This document shows, piece by piece, positions 30,062 through 39,225 of a DNA stretch of 64,000 bases. A program made the translations under genes and the position numbers. The stretch's first letter is position 1; the number at the start of each line of letters is the position of its first letter. The notes beneath the pieces were generated by a model. It saw only the letters and a program-made list of their open reading frames with translations. It did no database searches and had not been told where the DNA came from. Origin of the DNA: Acidobacteriota bacterium (GTDB lineage Bacteria > Acidobacteriota > UBA890 > WLXD01); NCBI GenBank assembly GCA_963666215.2, contig CAXWPL010000005.1:352001-416000 (forward strand), in the 5' to 3' direction.

Positions 30062-32309
30062 GAAGCGACGGGCTCGCTCGGCGGTGATCGGTACGCTGGC
30101 CCTGGTTCTGGCCGCAGGCTCTGCGGGAGCCGGACATGCCGCGTCGCCGGGAGTGTTCGTCGACGGCACCGTTGAGGAGGCGGCGCCGCAGGTAGCGCCG
30201 CCGTCCGATCTGCTACTCGATGGAAACGCAGCCGCCGCCATCCTCAACGAGATCTCGGGTGTGCGCGCCAAACGCTACGTCACCCGGTTGACCGCCTACA
30301 ACCGCATCTCGGCCTCGCCCGGCTATCACGAGGCGGCCGAGTGGCTGCTCGCCGAGCTTGACGGTGCCGAGATCCTGCAGACACGACTCGAGCGCTACGC
30401 ACCCGAAGATCCGCAGCCGCTGCGCAAGCGTCCGTCGCTCATCCTGCCGAACTGGACCGTCCGTGGCGCCGAGCTGCGGACGATCGAACCCGTCGACAGC
30501 CTCATTGTCAACTATGCCGAGACACCCATCAGCCTGGCACGCTACTCGCGCCCGGCGCGGGTGACCGCCGAGCTCGTGGATGTGGGGATCGGGACCCGGG
30601 CGACCGACTACGAGGGCGTCGACGTCGCCGGCAAGGTCGTGCTCGCGAGCGGCTTCTCCAGCACTGTCGAGCGCATCGCTGTTGGCGAGCACGGCGCAGC
30701 CGGCGTCGTGGTCGCAGGGGGTTCGTCCTACGACGAGTGGAAGGGATGGGGCTACCCGGGGATGCAAACCTGGCAGGTCCTGTCTCCCGGCCCGATCGAC
30801 AACCGCGAGCCGTCTTTTGCGTTCTCGATCACCGAGGAACAAGGCGAAGCCCTGCGCCGACAGCTGCGCGCGGGCGAGCACGTGGTGGTCACGGCAATCG
30901 TCGATGCCGTGTTGTCGCCCGGTACCCAGGAGATCGTCACCAGCGTGCTCCCGGGGTCGTCCAGCCCCGACCAGGAGGTGCTGTTGCTCGGCCACCTCGA
31001 CCACGTCCGGCCGAGTGCCAACGACAACGCCAGTGGCAGCGGAACGCTGCTCGAGGTCGCCCTGGCTCTTGACCGCCTGGTCGCGTCCGGACGCGTCGCC
31101 GCACCGCGGCGCTCGATCCGCTTCCTGTGGATGACCGAAGGCGCCGGCACCTACGGGTTCCTCAACGCTCACCCGAGCATCGGCGACCGCATCCTCGCCG
31201 CAATCAACCTCGACATGGTCGGAGAGGGTCGGCTGCCCGGTACTGGCCCGATGAACGTGCACCGCCCGCCCGACTCATTACCGTCGTATTTCTTCGACGT
31301 GGTGATGAACGTCATCGACCACCTGGACACGCTGCGGCTGCGCGCCCCGACCGGTAGCGAAAGCCTGATGAACGTGCGAGCCAAGCCGTTCAGCGCCAAC
31401 AGCGGCCACTACATCACCAGCGACGGCGCGGTGGGAATCCCGACGCTGCTGCTCAACCACGGGCCGGATCCGTTCCACCACACGAACCTCGACGCCCCCG
31501 ATGCTGTCGATCCGACGACGCTGCAACGCGTCGGGTTCATCGCCGCCGCGTCTGCCTACCTGGTGGCCTCGAGCGACGACCGCACCGCGGCGAGGATCGC
31601 CACGCATGTTCTCGCGGCCGCTTCGCGGCGTCTGGCCGACGCCGCCGCTGAAGGGTTCGGGCTGATCGCCAAGGTCTCCGACGCCGACGAAGCCTACTGG
31701 CTGGCCGAGCGCAAGCTGCATCACGTCGGGGCCCGGGAGGAGGGTGCCCTGGGCTCGGTCGCCGAGCTGACTTCCGCTGCCTGGCCGGCCGGCCAGGCAG
31801 CGCTAAACTCTGCAACCCACCCGCCTGCCGATCTTGCGGGCGTGCTTCGCACCCAGCAGGCGGCGCTCGGCGAGGCGCTTCGACTCGCCTTCGAGCAGCG
31901 TACCGGCCGACCACCCCGCGCCCGCGACCTCAGCACCTCCGAGCAGCTCGCGGCGACGCTCGTGCCGCGCCGTACAGCACCGTACCTCAACGAGCGCTGG
32001 GTCGATGAGATCGACGACGAGCTCATCGGCGACGACGACCGAGAATGGCTCGCCGGCTTTAAGGCCCAGCTAATCCAGTCCTACATCCGCATCCCGGAGA
32101 TGCTCAATCTGCTGGACGGCCACCGCTCGCTTCTCGACGTGCGCGACGCGCTGAGCGCCGAGGACTTCGATTTCATGCGCCCGACCTTCGGCGTCGGCAG
32201 CCCGCGCGACCTGTCGCTCGAGTACCGCCGCACCGACATGGACGACATCCTGCACCTGGCGCGGATCATGGAACGCTGCGGCATGCTGGCCCTGGAGAAG
32301 CCTCGATGA
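30048..32309 (+). CDS. M28 Zn peptidase with PA domain (DUF4910-like), predicted exported
   Basis: GTG at 30048 with signal peptide. GHLDH, ANDNASG, INLDMVG and FHHT motifs. Confidence 0.87.
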   Translation: MSTNRKRRARSAVIGTLALVLAAGSAGAGHAASPGVFVDGTVEEAAPQVAPPSDLLLDGNAAAAILNEISGVRAKRYVTRLTAYNRISASPGYHEAAEWLLAELDGAEILQTRLERYAPEDPQPLRKRPSLILPNWTVRGAELRTIEPVDSLIVNYAETPISLARYSRPARVTAELVDVGIGTRATDYEGVDVAGKVVLASGFSSTVERIAVGEHGAAGVVVAGGSSYDEWKGWGYPGMQTWQVLSPGPIDNREPSFAFSITEEQGEALRRQLRAGEHVVVTAIVDAVLSPGTQEIVTSVLPGSSSPDQEVLLLGHLDHVRPSANDNASGSGTLLEVALALDRLVASGRVAAPRRSIRFLWMTEGAGTYGFLNAHPSIGDRILAAINLDMVGEGRLPGTGPMNVHRPPDSLPSYFFDVVMNVIDHLDTLRLRAPTGSESLMNVRAKPFSANSGHYITSDGAVGIPTLLLNHGPDPFHHTNLDAPDAVDPTTLQRVGFIAAASAYLVASSDDRTAARIATHVLAAASRRLADAAAEGFGLIAKVSDADEAYWLAERKLHHVGAREEGALGSVAELTSAAWPAGQAALNSATHPPADLAGVLRTQQAALGEALRLAFEQRTGRPPRARDLSTSEQLAATLVPRRTAPYLNERWVDEIDDELIGDDDREWLAGFKAQLIQSYIRIPEMLNLLDGHRSLLDVRDALSAEDFDFMRPTFGVGSPRDLSLEYRRTDMDDILHLARIMERCGMLALEKPR

Positions 32310-34501
32310 GGCTTCGCCGGGCGTCGCATTGGGAGTCGACCCGGACGCCGGCGTTACCACGTCGGGTGGTGGGGCTCGCTCGTGCGCTTCGCTGGCCGCA
32401 GGGCCTCATCACGATCGTTGTCGTTGTGGGTCTTGTTACCGTCAACGGGGCCGCGGCGCGGCCCATGATCGGCGTGTCACGCTCTGGCAGCGCGCAGATC
32501 GATGCGGAGTTGCGACGGGTGGTGCGCGACGAGTTGCGCGGACAGGTTGCCCTCGACCACGTGCGCCAGCTCTCCACCTTCGACCGCACCGCGACCACCG
32601 AGGGCTACCACCAGGCCATCGAGTACGTCCGCGACGCGGCACAACGGGCGGGGCTGCAGCAGCTAGAAGTGATCCGCTTCCCGGCCGACGGAGTGGCACC
32701 GATCCTCGACACCTACCGCTCAGGCTGGGCCTGGAGGTTGGGTGGCGGCGAGCTGGCCTACGAGCACCCGGACGAGCGTATCTGCCGGTACGAAGACATC
32801 CCGACCTGCATCGTCAAGTACTCGCCAGCCGCGAACGGTGTCTTCGAGGTCGTCGACGTCGGACCAGGCACGAGCGCCGCCGGTTACGCGGGTAAGGACG
32901 TCGACGGCAAGCTGGTGTTCGCATCGGCCCAGGCGTCTGCAGTGCTCGCCTACGCGGCGGGACGCCACCACATCGCCGGCGTTATCTCGTACTGGGACAA
33001 CTACCTGCCCGACCGTTCGCCGTTTCCCGACCAGGTGGCGTGGCAGGCCGTCGCCCAGGACCCCGGCTCCGACGTCTTCGCGTTCTCGATTTCCAAGAGG
33101 ATGGCCGGCCAGCTGCAGCGGCGGCTGGCCGCGGGTGCGGTGCGGCTGCGGGCACACATCGATGCCGAGCTGTTCGCTGGCGAGTACGAGCTTCTGACCG
33201 GAGTGCTGCCGGGCGGCGACCTCCGCAACGAGGAGGTTCTCGTCATCGCTCACCTCAACCACCATCGCCCCGGCGCCAACGACAACGCCAGGGGGTCGGC
33301 CCTCGGCCTGGAGATGATCGGCGTGCTGGCGCGGCTGCTGGAACGGGGCACGCTGCCACCGCTGCGGCGTTCGATCCGCTTTCTGTGGGTCCCCGAACAC
33401 CGCGGAACGCAGATCTTCGTGCACCAGAACCGAGACTACGGCGAGCGTGGCGTTGCGGTTATCGACAACGACATGGTTGGCGCAGATCAGGCGGAGTCGG
33501 GATCGATCTTTCTGCTCACACGTCCCCCCGACTCGATGCCGAGCTACCTCAACGATCTCATGGAGAGCCTGCTCGAGGAGGTCATCCGCGAGCAGTTCCG
33601 CTCGCCGTACGGCTCGCGTAACCCGTTCCACTATCGGGTGGTTCCCTACAGCGGCGCGATCAGCGATCACGCCTACTTCGTGGACCGCTCCGTCGGCGTA
33701 CCGGCGATCATGCTGTCGACCGATCCAGACAACTTCTACCATTCCAATGAGGATACGGCGGACCACATCGACGCCACGACGTTAATGCGCGCCGGATACG
33801 TTGCCGCCAGCGCCGCGGCCTGGCTCGCAACGGCCGGCGCCGCGGAGACCGTGCCCCTGGCGCAGCTCGTAGGCGGCGGGGCGCTGTCGCGGTTGGGCTC
33901 GACTCTCGCCGATTCCATGATGCGGCTGCAGCAGGCCACCGAGCTCGCTCCGACCCATGCGGAGCAATCCAACCTGTTGCGGCATGTCGCCGCCTGCGAG
34001 ATCGCCGCTGTGATTTCGGTGAAGCGACTCGGTACCAGCCCGACGACCGCGCGGCAGATCCGCATCGTCGAGGAGACCGTTAGCGCCCAGGCGACGGCGG
34101 CGCTTCTGGCCCTCGAGCACCAGTACCAACAACTGATCAACAGCCGCGGCAAAGCAGAGGGTGTCGTGCGGACACCGATCGCCGAGATCCCCGGCGCAGG
34201 GCCGGCGGAGCGTGCCGCTTGCGGCGCCGACCTGCTGCAGGCCGTACCCGAACGTGGACTCTTCGGACCACTGCGCCCGTCCTGGTTTCTCGACAACGTC
34301 GAGGCAGAGCGCAGGACCTGGTACGAGGCTGGACACGCCGGCGGCAGCTTCCGCGAGGCCATCGTCAACTTCGCTGACGGTGACCGGACCGTGACACAGA
34401 TCCACGCAGCGGTTGTAGCCGAGCTGGGCGAGCTGCCGGTGTCCGACGTATGTCGATTCCTCGTTGACCTGGTGTCGTTGGATCTCTTTTCCTGGAGGTA
34501 G
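32306..34501 (+). CDS. M28 Zn peptidase with PA domain (DUF4910-like), second paralog
   Basis: AHLNH, ANDNARG, WVPE, NDMVG, SDH and FYHS..DT motifs. Confidence 0.87.
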   Translation: MRLRRASHWESTRTPALPRRVVGLARALRWPQGLITIVVVVGLVTVNGAAARPMIGVSRSGSAQIDAELRRVVRDELRGQVALDHVRQLSTFDRTATTEGYHQAIEYVRDAAQRAGLQQLEVIRFPADGVAPILDTYRSGWAWRLGGGELAYEHPDERICRYEDIPTCIVKYSPAANGVFEVVDVGPGTSAAGYAGKDVDGKLVFASAQASAVLAYAAGRHHIAGVISYWDNYLPDRSPFPDQVAWQAVAQDPGSDVFAFSISKRMAGQLQRRLAAGAVRLRAHIDAELFAGEYELLTGVLPGGDLRNEEVLVIAHLNHHRPGANDNARGSALGLEMIGVLARLLERGTLPPLRRSIRFLWVPEHRGTQIFVHQNRDYGERGVAVIDNDMVGADQAESGSIFLLTRPPDSMPSYLNDLMESLLEEVIREQFRSPYGSRNPFHYRVVPYSGAISDHAYFVDRSVGVPAIMLSTDPDNFYHSNEDTADHIDATTLMRAGYVAASAAAWLATAGAAETVPLAQLVGGGALSRLGSTLADSMMRLQQATELAPTHAEQSNLLRHVAACEIAAVISVKRLGTSPTTARQIRIVEETVSAQATAALLALEHQYQQLINSRGKAEGVVRTPIAEIPGAGPAERAACGADLLQAVPERGLFGPLRPSWFLDNVEAERRTWYEAGHAGGSFREAIVNFADGDRTVTQIHAAVVAELGELPVSDVCRFLVDLVSLDLFSWR

Positions 34502-34541
34502 GCCCTTGCTGGTACTGGCGACATATCTCGGAACCGGTGCG

Positions 34542-37133
34542 ATGAGGTTGCACACGCTCGTCGTGCTCGCCGCGCTCGTTGCCCTTCTGCCGCCGGCCCC
34601 GGCGCTGGCCGGGCAGCGCATCGACGAGGACCTCCTCGAGACACTTGACGAGCACACGGGGCCGATCCCTGTCTTCGCTCTCTTGAGCCAGCAGTCGGAG
34701 CTCGACGAAACCAGCCATCGCACCCGGCCCGATCTGAGCAAGGAGGAATGGCGCCAGCACGCGGTGGCAGAGCTCCAGGCGCTGAGCAGCTCGACCCAGT
34801 CTGAGCTGCTGGCGGCGCTCGAGGCCGCAGGCCACGCGGCCGAGGTCGAGCGCGCATTCTGGATCGTCAACGGCCTGAGCCTCAGCGTCGACGCAGCAGC
34901 GATCCGCTGGCTGGCCGCCTCGGAGCACGTCGCGCGCGTCTACCGACGCTGCGAGAAGCCCGCCGATCTCATCGCCACCGAGGGCAGATTCACCCAGGCC
35001 TTCGAGCAACCGGTCGACGTCGTCACGCTCGACGAGGTGCTCGCCCACCGAGATCTGTCGTGGAACCTGACACGCATCCAGGCCGACCTGGTGTGGTCGC
35101 GCCTCGGCCTCATCGGCCGTGGGGTGGTGATCGCGATCCTCGACAGCGGCGTCAACTACCGCCACAGCGACTTCCGCTATCACTTGTGGCGCAACGAGGG
35201 CGAAGTCGAGCGTAATAACCTCGACGACGACGGTAACGGGTATGTCGACGACATCTACGGCTTCAACTTCGCCAACGGCAACTCCAACGTAGCCGACGAC
35301 TTTTTCCACGGCACTTCGTCGGCCAGCATCATGGTGGGCGACGGGCGTGGCGGCATGCTGACCGGGGTGGCGCCGGGCGCCGAGCTGATGGTTCTGCGGA
35401 TGTACGACCAGATGACGAGGCATAACAACTCGTCGCTCTGGCGCGCCTACCAGTACGACGCCTGGGAGGCACTGCAGTATGCGGTGGCCGAGGGAGCTCA
35501 CGTCGTCAACATGAGCTTTGCCTGGGAGCCGGCCGAGAATCCGCTGCACGCCGTATGGCGCTACGCCAGCACCAACGTCGTCGCCGCGGGCGTCGTGATG
35601 GTCGCCGGCGCCGGCAACTTCCGCGGCAGCTACCCGATCCCCGGCCAGATCCGACCGCCAGCCAGCGTGCCGGCGGTGATTGCCACCGGCGGCACATTCG
35701 AGGACGACAGCGTTGCCGACCTCACCAGTCGCGGGCCGGTGACATGGAGCATGTACCCGCCGTTCGACGACTACCCGTTGCCCGAAGGTCTGCCGCAGGT
35801 CGCCTTCAGCGCCCCTTGGGGCTACTTCCCGGTGATTGTTTTCAGCGGCCGCGGCTACCAGGTGCTGGCCGAACAGCGTGGCAGCTCGCTCACCTCGCCG
35901 CACGTCGCCGGCGTCGTGGCGCTGATGCTCGAGGACAACCCCGAGTTGATGCCCGAGGAGGTTCGCGAGCGCCTGGCACGCAGCAGCCTCGACGTCGGAG
36001 CGATGGGCACCGATCCCTACACCGGCAGCGGCATCGTGCAAGCCTACGACGCCATCATGCTCGGCTCGGTGGCGCTGCCGAGAGTGGTCGCAGTGCGCTA
36101 TCGGCCAACGTCTGGCAGCGACGACGCGAGCACGGCGACCCCGTTGGCGAACGGCGGCGCCCCGCCGGCCAGCTCGCTGCGAGCGGGCGACGCGGTCTGG
36201 ATCGAGATCGACATCGAGAACCCGGGAGCCACCGACGACGGCGCGACCTTCACACTCGAGTCACCTTCAGGAGACGTACGGGTGACTGAGCCAACGCTCG
36301 TCGTATCGCACCTCGCGCGGCGCCACACGCTGCGTTTCCGGGCCAAGCTTTCTTCCAGTGCTCGACCGGGCTCGGTCGCAGGGCTGCGGCTGTCCACGAG
36401 ATTGGACCATGGCGGCCTGCGCGCCACCGAGCTGGAGCTGCCGGTCTGGGGCAGCGACACCCTGCTGGTGGACGACGACGGCGGCGGGCCGTACGAGGCC
36501 GAGTGGCGTCGCAGCCTGGAGCGCCAGGGAAAGCCGTACGACTTGCTGTCGGCGTGGCCGACCCTACAGACCCCGTTGCCCGAGCTCGGCAGTTATTCCG
36601 TCGTCGTCTGGATCAAGGGCGAGGAAGCCTACGGCACGCTGTCGCCTTCACAGAAGAATGCTCTAGACGGATATCTCGCTGGCGGCGGCCGCCTGGTTCT
36701 CGTTGGCCAGAACGCCGCGCGCGATCTTCAGGACGACGGTATCCTCAGCCGCCTCGGGAGCCGCTTCGTGTCGGACATCGCCCGGCCCCGGTCGCTGCGC
36801 GGCGCCGCGGGCTCGTTTCTCGATGGCTTCGAGGCGCCATTCTTGCCTGGTGGCACCCTACCCGATCTCGTCGCCGCAACCGCAACGGGCCGGCTCCTGC
36901 TACCGGTCGAGGCTACCGCTGACAGCGCTGAGTCCGACCCTGCCGGGGTAGCGGTAGGCGCCGACGGCTCGGTGATCCTGACCATCGAGATCGCCGGCAT
37001 CGCCGACGTCACTCTTCGCGACGAGCTCGTCCGAAGGCTCATCGAAGGGTCCGCGCCGACGACCGACGCAGAGGCGGTCAGCCGGCCCATTGGCGACCAC
37101 CGAAAGCCCGTCAACGTCGTTCACCACCGATGA
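34542..37133 (+). CDS. S8 subtilisin-like serine protease with C-terminal accessory domains
   Basis: Signal peptide, ILDSG (Asp), HGT (His), GAGN (oxyanion Asn), GSSLTSPHVAG (Ser), and a DDDGNGYVDD calcium loop. Confidence 0.92.
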   Translation: MRLHTLVVLAALVALLPPAPALAGQRIDEDLLETLDEHTGPIPVFALLSQQSELDETSHRTRPDLSKEEWRQHAVAELQALSSSTQSELLAALEAAGHAAEVERAFWIVNGLSLSVDAAAIRWLAASEHVARVYRRCEKPADLIATEGRFTQAFEQPVDVVTLDEVLAHRDLSWNLTRIQADLVWSRLGLIGRGVVIAILDSGVNYRHSDFRYHLWRNEGEVERNNLDDDGNGYVDDIYGFNFANGNSNVADDFFHGTSSASIMVGDGRGGMLTGVAPGAELMVLRMYDQMTRHNNSSLWRAYQYDAWEALQYAVAEGAHVVNMSFAWEPAENPLHAVWRYASTNVVAAGVVMVAGAGNFRGSYPIPGQIRPPASVPAVIATGGTFEDDSVADLTSRGPVTWSMYPPFDDYPLPEGLPQVAFSAPWGYFPVIVFSGRGYQVLAEQRGSSLTSPHVAGVVALMLEDNPELMPEEVRERLARSSLDVGAMGTDPYTGSGIVQAYDAIMLGSVALPRVVAVRYRPTSGSDDASTATPLANGGAPPASSLRAGDAVWIEIDIENPGATDDGATFTLESPSGDVRVTEPTLVVSHLARRHTLRFRAKLSSSARPGSVAGLRLSTRLDHGGLRATELELPVWGSDTLLVDDDGGGPYEAEWRRSLERQGKPYDLLSAWPTLQTPLPELGSYSVVVWIKGEEAYGTLSPSQKNALDGYLAGGGRLVLVGQNAARDLQDDGILSRLGSRFVSDIARPRSLRGAAGSFLDGFEAPFLPGGTLPDLVAATATGRLLLPVEATADSAESDPAGVAVGADGSVILTIEIAGIADVTLRDELVRRLIEGSAPTTDAEAVSRPIGDHRKPVNVVHHR

Positions 37134-39196
37134 GCAGGCGCCACCATCGTCATCCTGGTTGCCGGGTCGCTGCCGCTGCTGGCAGTGCGTTCCTACTGAT
37201 CCTCGTCCCGAGCCACGCGGCCGGCACGGCGACGGCACACCAGGACCGCCAGACGGCCGGCGAACCGCGGTTCGTTGTCGGGCCCAACCTGCGCGCCTCG
37301 GCCAACGCCGCCGGTGGTAACCGGAACGAGGCATGGATCGCGACCAGCCCGCGCAACCCGGACTTCGTCATCGGCGTCTCGCAAATCGGTCCGACCGGGG
37401 CTCCGCTGGAGTGCGCCACCATGCTGTCGCGCAACGGCGGACGGACGTGGCGCGAGACGCGGCTCCCGGGACAAGAGACCGGGTGCTTCGACCCCATGGT
37501 TCTGGCGACGCGCGACGGACGTGTCTATGTTCTGCACGCGCTCATGCTGCAGCGTGGGCCCAGCGAAGGCCGGCCCGCGGCACCACCGCGGCGGCTGCCT
37601 GACCGCACCATTCGAGTCTGGTCCAGCGACGACGAAGGGGTCACCTGGTCGGAACCGACCGACCTCGCCTGCCCGCTGGCGCCCGACCACCCGAGGATGG
37701 CGGTGGACGAGAGCGGCGGGCCGCATCACGGCAGGCTCTACGTCGCCTGGAACGAAGGTCGCGACACGCTGCTGCGTGGCCGCTTTCACGTGTTTCTGCA
37801 CTACTCGGATGACGGCGGCAGGACCTTCAGCGACCCGGTGCTGGTGACCCGTGGGACGGGCGGCAAGCTGGTGACCACGGAGCCGGTGGTGCTGTCGGAC
37901 GGCACCTTGCTGGTGACCTACTACCAATTCTTCGGACCGATGGCCAGCGAACGCAACGATCGCAAGCCGTTCTTCGTCATCCGCTCGACCGACGGCGGTA
38001 CCACCTTCGGGCCGCCGGAAGAGGTCATCGACATCGGCACCTCGGCATGGCGCCATCTGCTACGGGACTTCATCTTCGCCTTCGCGCTGCCTGTGGTCGC
38101 CGTTGACAGCTCACCGTCGAGCCCGTTTCACGATCGAATCTACGTCGTCTGGGATGACGTCCGCACCGGTCGATCGAGCATCTGGCTACGCTGGTCCGCC
38201 GACGGCGGCCGCACCTGGGCCGAGCCGGTGAGGGTCAACGACAACGGGCTCGAAGACGGCCCGCCCGACTTGCGGATGACGCCGGTGGTCGCGGTGAACC
38301 CCGACGGACTGGTGGGTATCGCCTGGTACGACCGTCGCGACGATCCGAGTCGGCGCTGCTGGCACCAGTACTTCACCGCCTCCGACGACGGCGGCCGCAG
38401 CTTCCTTCCCAACGTTGCGCTGTCGACTGCTCCGTCCTGCCCTGAGCCCAATCTGGCACCGACCGTGCACGTGTCGAACGTTGCCGAGCACATCGACGAG
38501 AGCCGCCCCGACGAGGCCCACATCGCGGCCCTACCGCAAGGTCCCGAGCGATCGGCGCTGCAGCGCGAGGCCGCGATCGACGCGGCGCTGGAGCAGGCGT
38601 ATGGATCGCTGGCGCCACGCATCCGCATTGGCTTCGACACCGCCCGCAACGCCTGGCCCGGCCACTACAGCGGCCTCGCGGCCGGGGCCGACGGCGCGTT
38701 CCACGCCCTTTGGGCCGACCGGCGAGGCCGGGGACAGCAGCTATTCACGACGCGGGTGGAGGTCGTCTCGGGGGACCCGGAAGCAGCACCGTCGAAGACC
38801 GCTGCGACCGACCTGACCGGGATGGTGGCGCTGATCGCCTCTCCCGCCTCGTTCAACGAGGGCGCCGGTACGGCGACCTTCGGCCTGCAGCTGCGCAACG
38901 TCTCCGACCAGGTGATTCATGCGCCACTCTCCGTCCTCGTGTCCACCATTGGGGAGTCTCCAGCCGGACCGACCGTCGAGCTCATCGACGTCGATGCCGG
39001 TGGCAGCGGTGTCGGCGCCACCTGGGATTTCTCCGATCTGATGGGAAGCACACGGCGGCTCCTTCCCGGCGACATCACGGGAGCCAGAACCGTGGTCGTT
39101 CGTGTGGATCGTGAAACGGGACTGGACGGGATCTTCGGGTTCGAGGTCCGCGGCCACGTGCGCACCGGCGGCGCTCCCTCGGCCGCTCACCACTAG
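37130..39196 (+). CDS. BNR/Asp-box beta-propeller (sialidase-fold) exported protein
   Basis: Six Asp-box S-x-(D/N)-x-G-x-(T/S)-(W/F) repeats: SRNGGRTW, SDDEGVTW, SDDGGRTF, STDGGTTF, SADGGRTW, SDDGGRSF. Confidence 0.88.
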   Translation: MSRRHHRHPGCRVAAAAGSAFLLILVPSHAAGTATAHQDRQTAGEPRFVVGPNLRASANAAGGNRNEAWIATSPRNPDFVIGVSQIGPTGAPLECATMLSRNGGRTWRETRLPGQETGCFDPMVLATRDGRVYVLHALMLQRGPSEGRPAAPPRRLPDRTIRVWSSDDEGVTWSEPTDLACPLAPDHPRMAVDESGGPHHGRLYVAWNEGRDTLLRGRFHVFLHYSDDGGRTFSDPVLVTRGTGGKLVTTEPVVLSDGTLLVTYYQFFGPMASERNDRKPFFVIRSTDGGTTFGPPEEVIDIGTSAWRHLLRDFIFAFALPVVAVDSSPSSPFHDRIYVVWDDVRTGRSSIWLRWSADGGRTWAEPVRVNDNGLEDGPPDLRMTPVVAVNPDGLVGIAWYDRRDDPSRRCWHQYFTASDDGGRSFLPNVALSTAPSCPEPNLAPTVHVSNVAEHIDESRPDEAHIAALPQGPERSALQREAAIDAALEQAYGSLAPRIRIGFDTARNAWPGHYSGLAAGADGAFHALWADRRGRGQQLFTTRVEVVSGDPEAAPSKTAATDLTGMVALIASPASFNEGAGTATFGLQLRNVSDQVIHAPLSVLVSTIGESPAGPTVELIDVDAGGSGVGATWDFSDLMGSTRRLLPGDITGARTVVVRVDRETGLDGIFGFEVRGHVRTGGAPSAAHH

Positions 39197-39225
39197 CAGG
39201 CCGTGGTGGAAGTGTGGCGGGCTGG

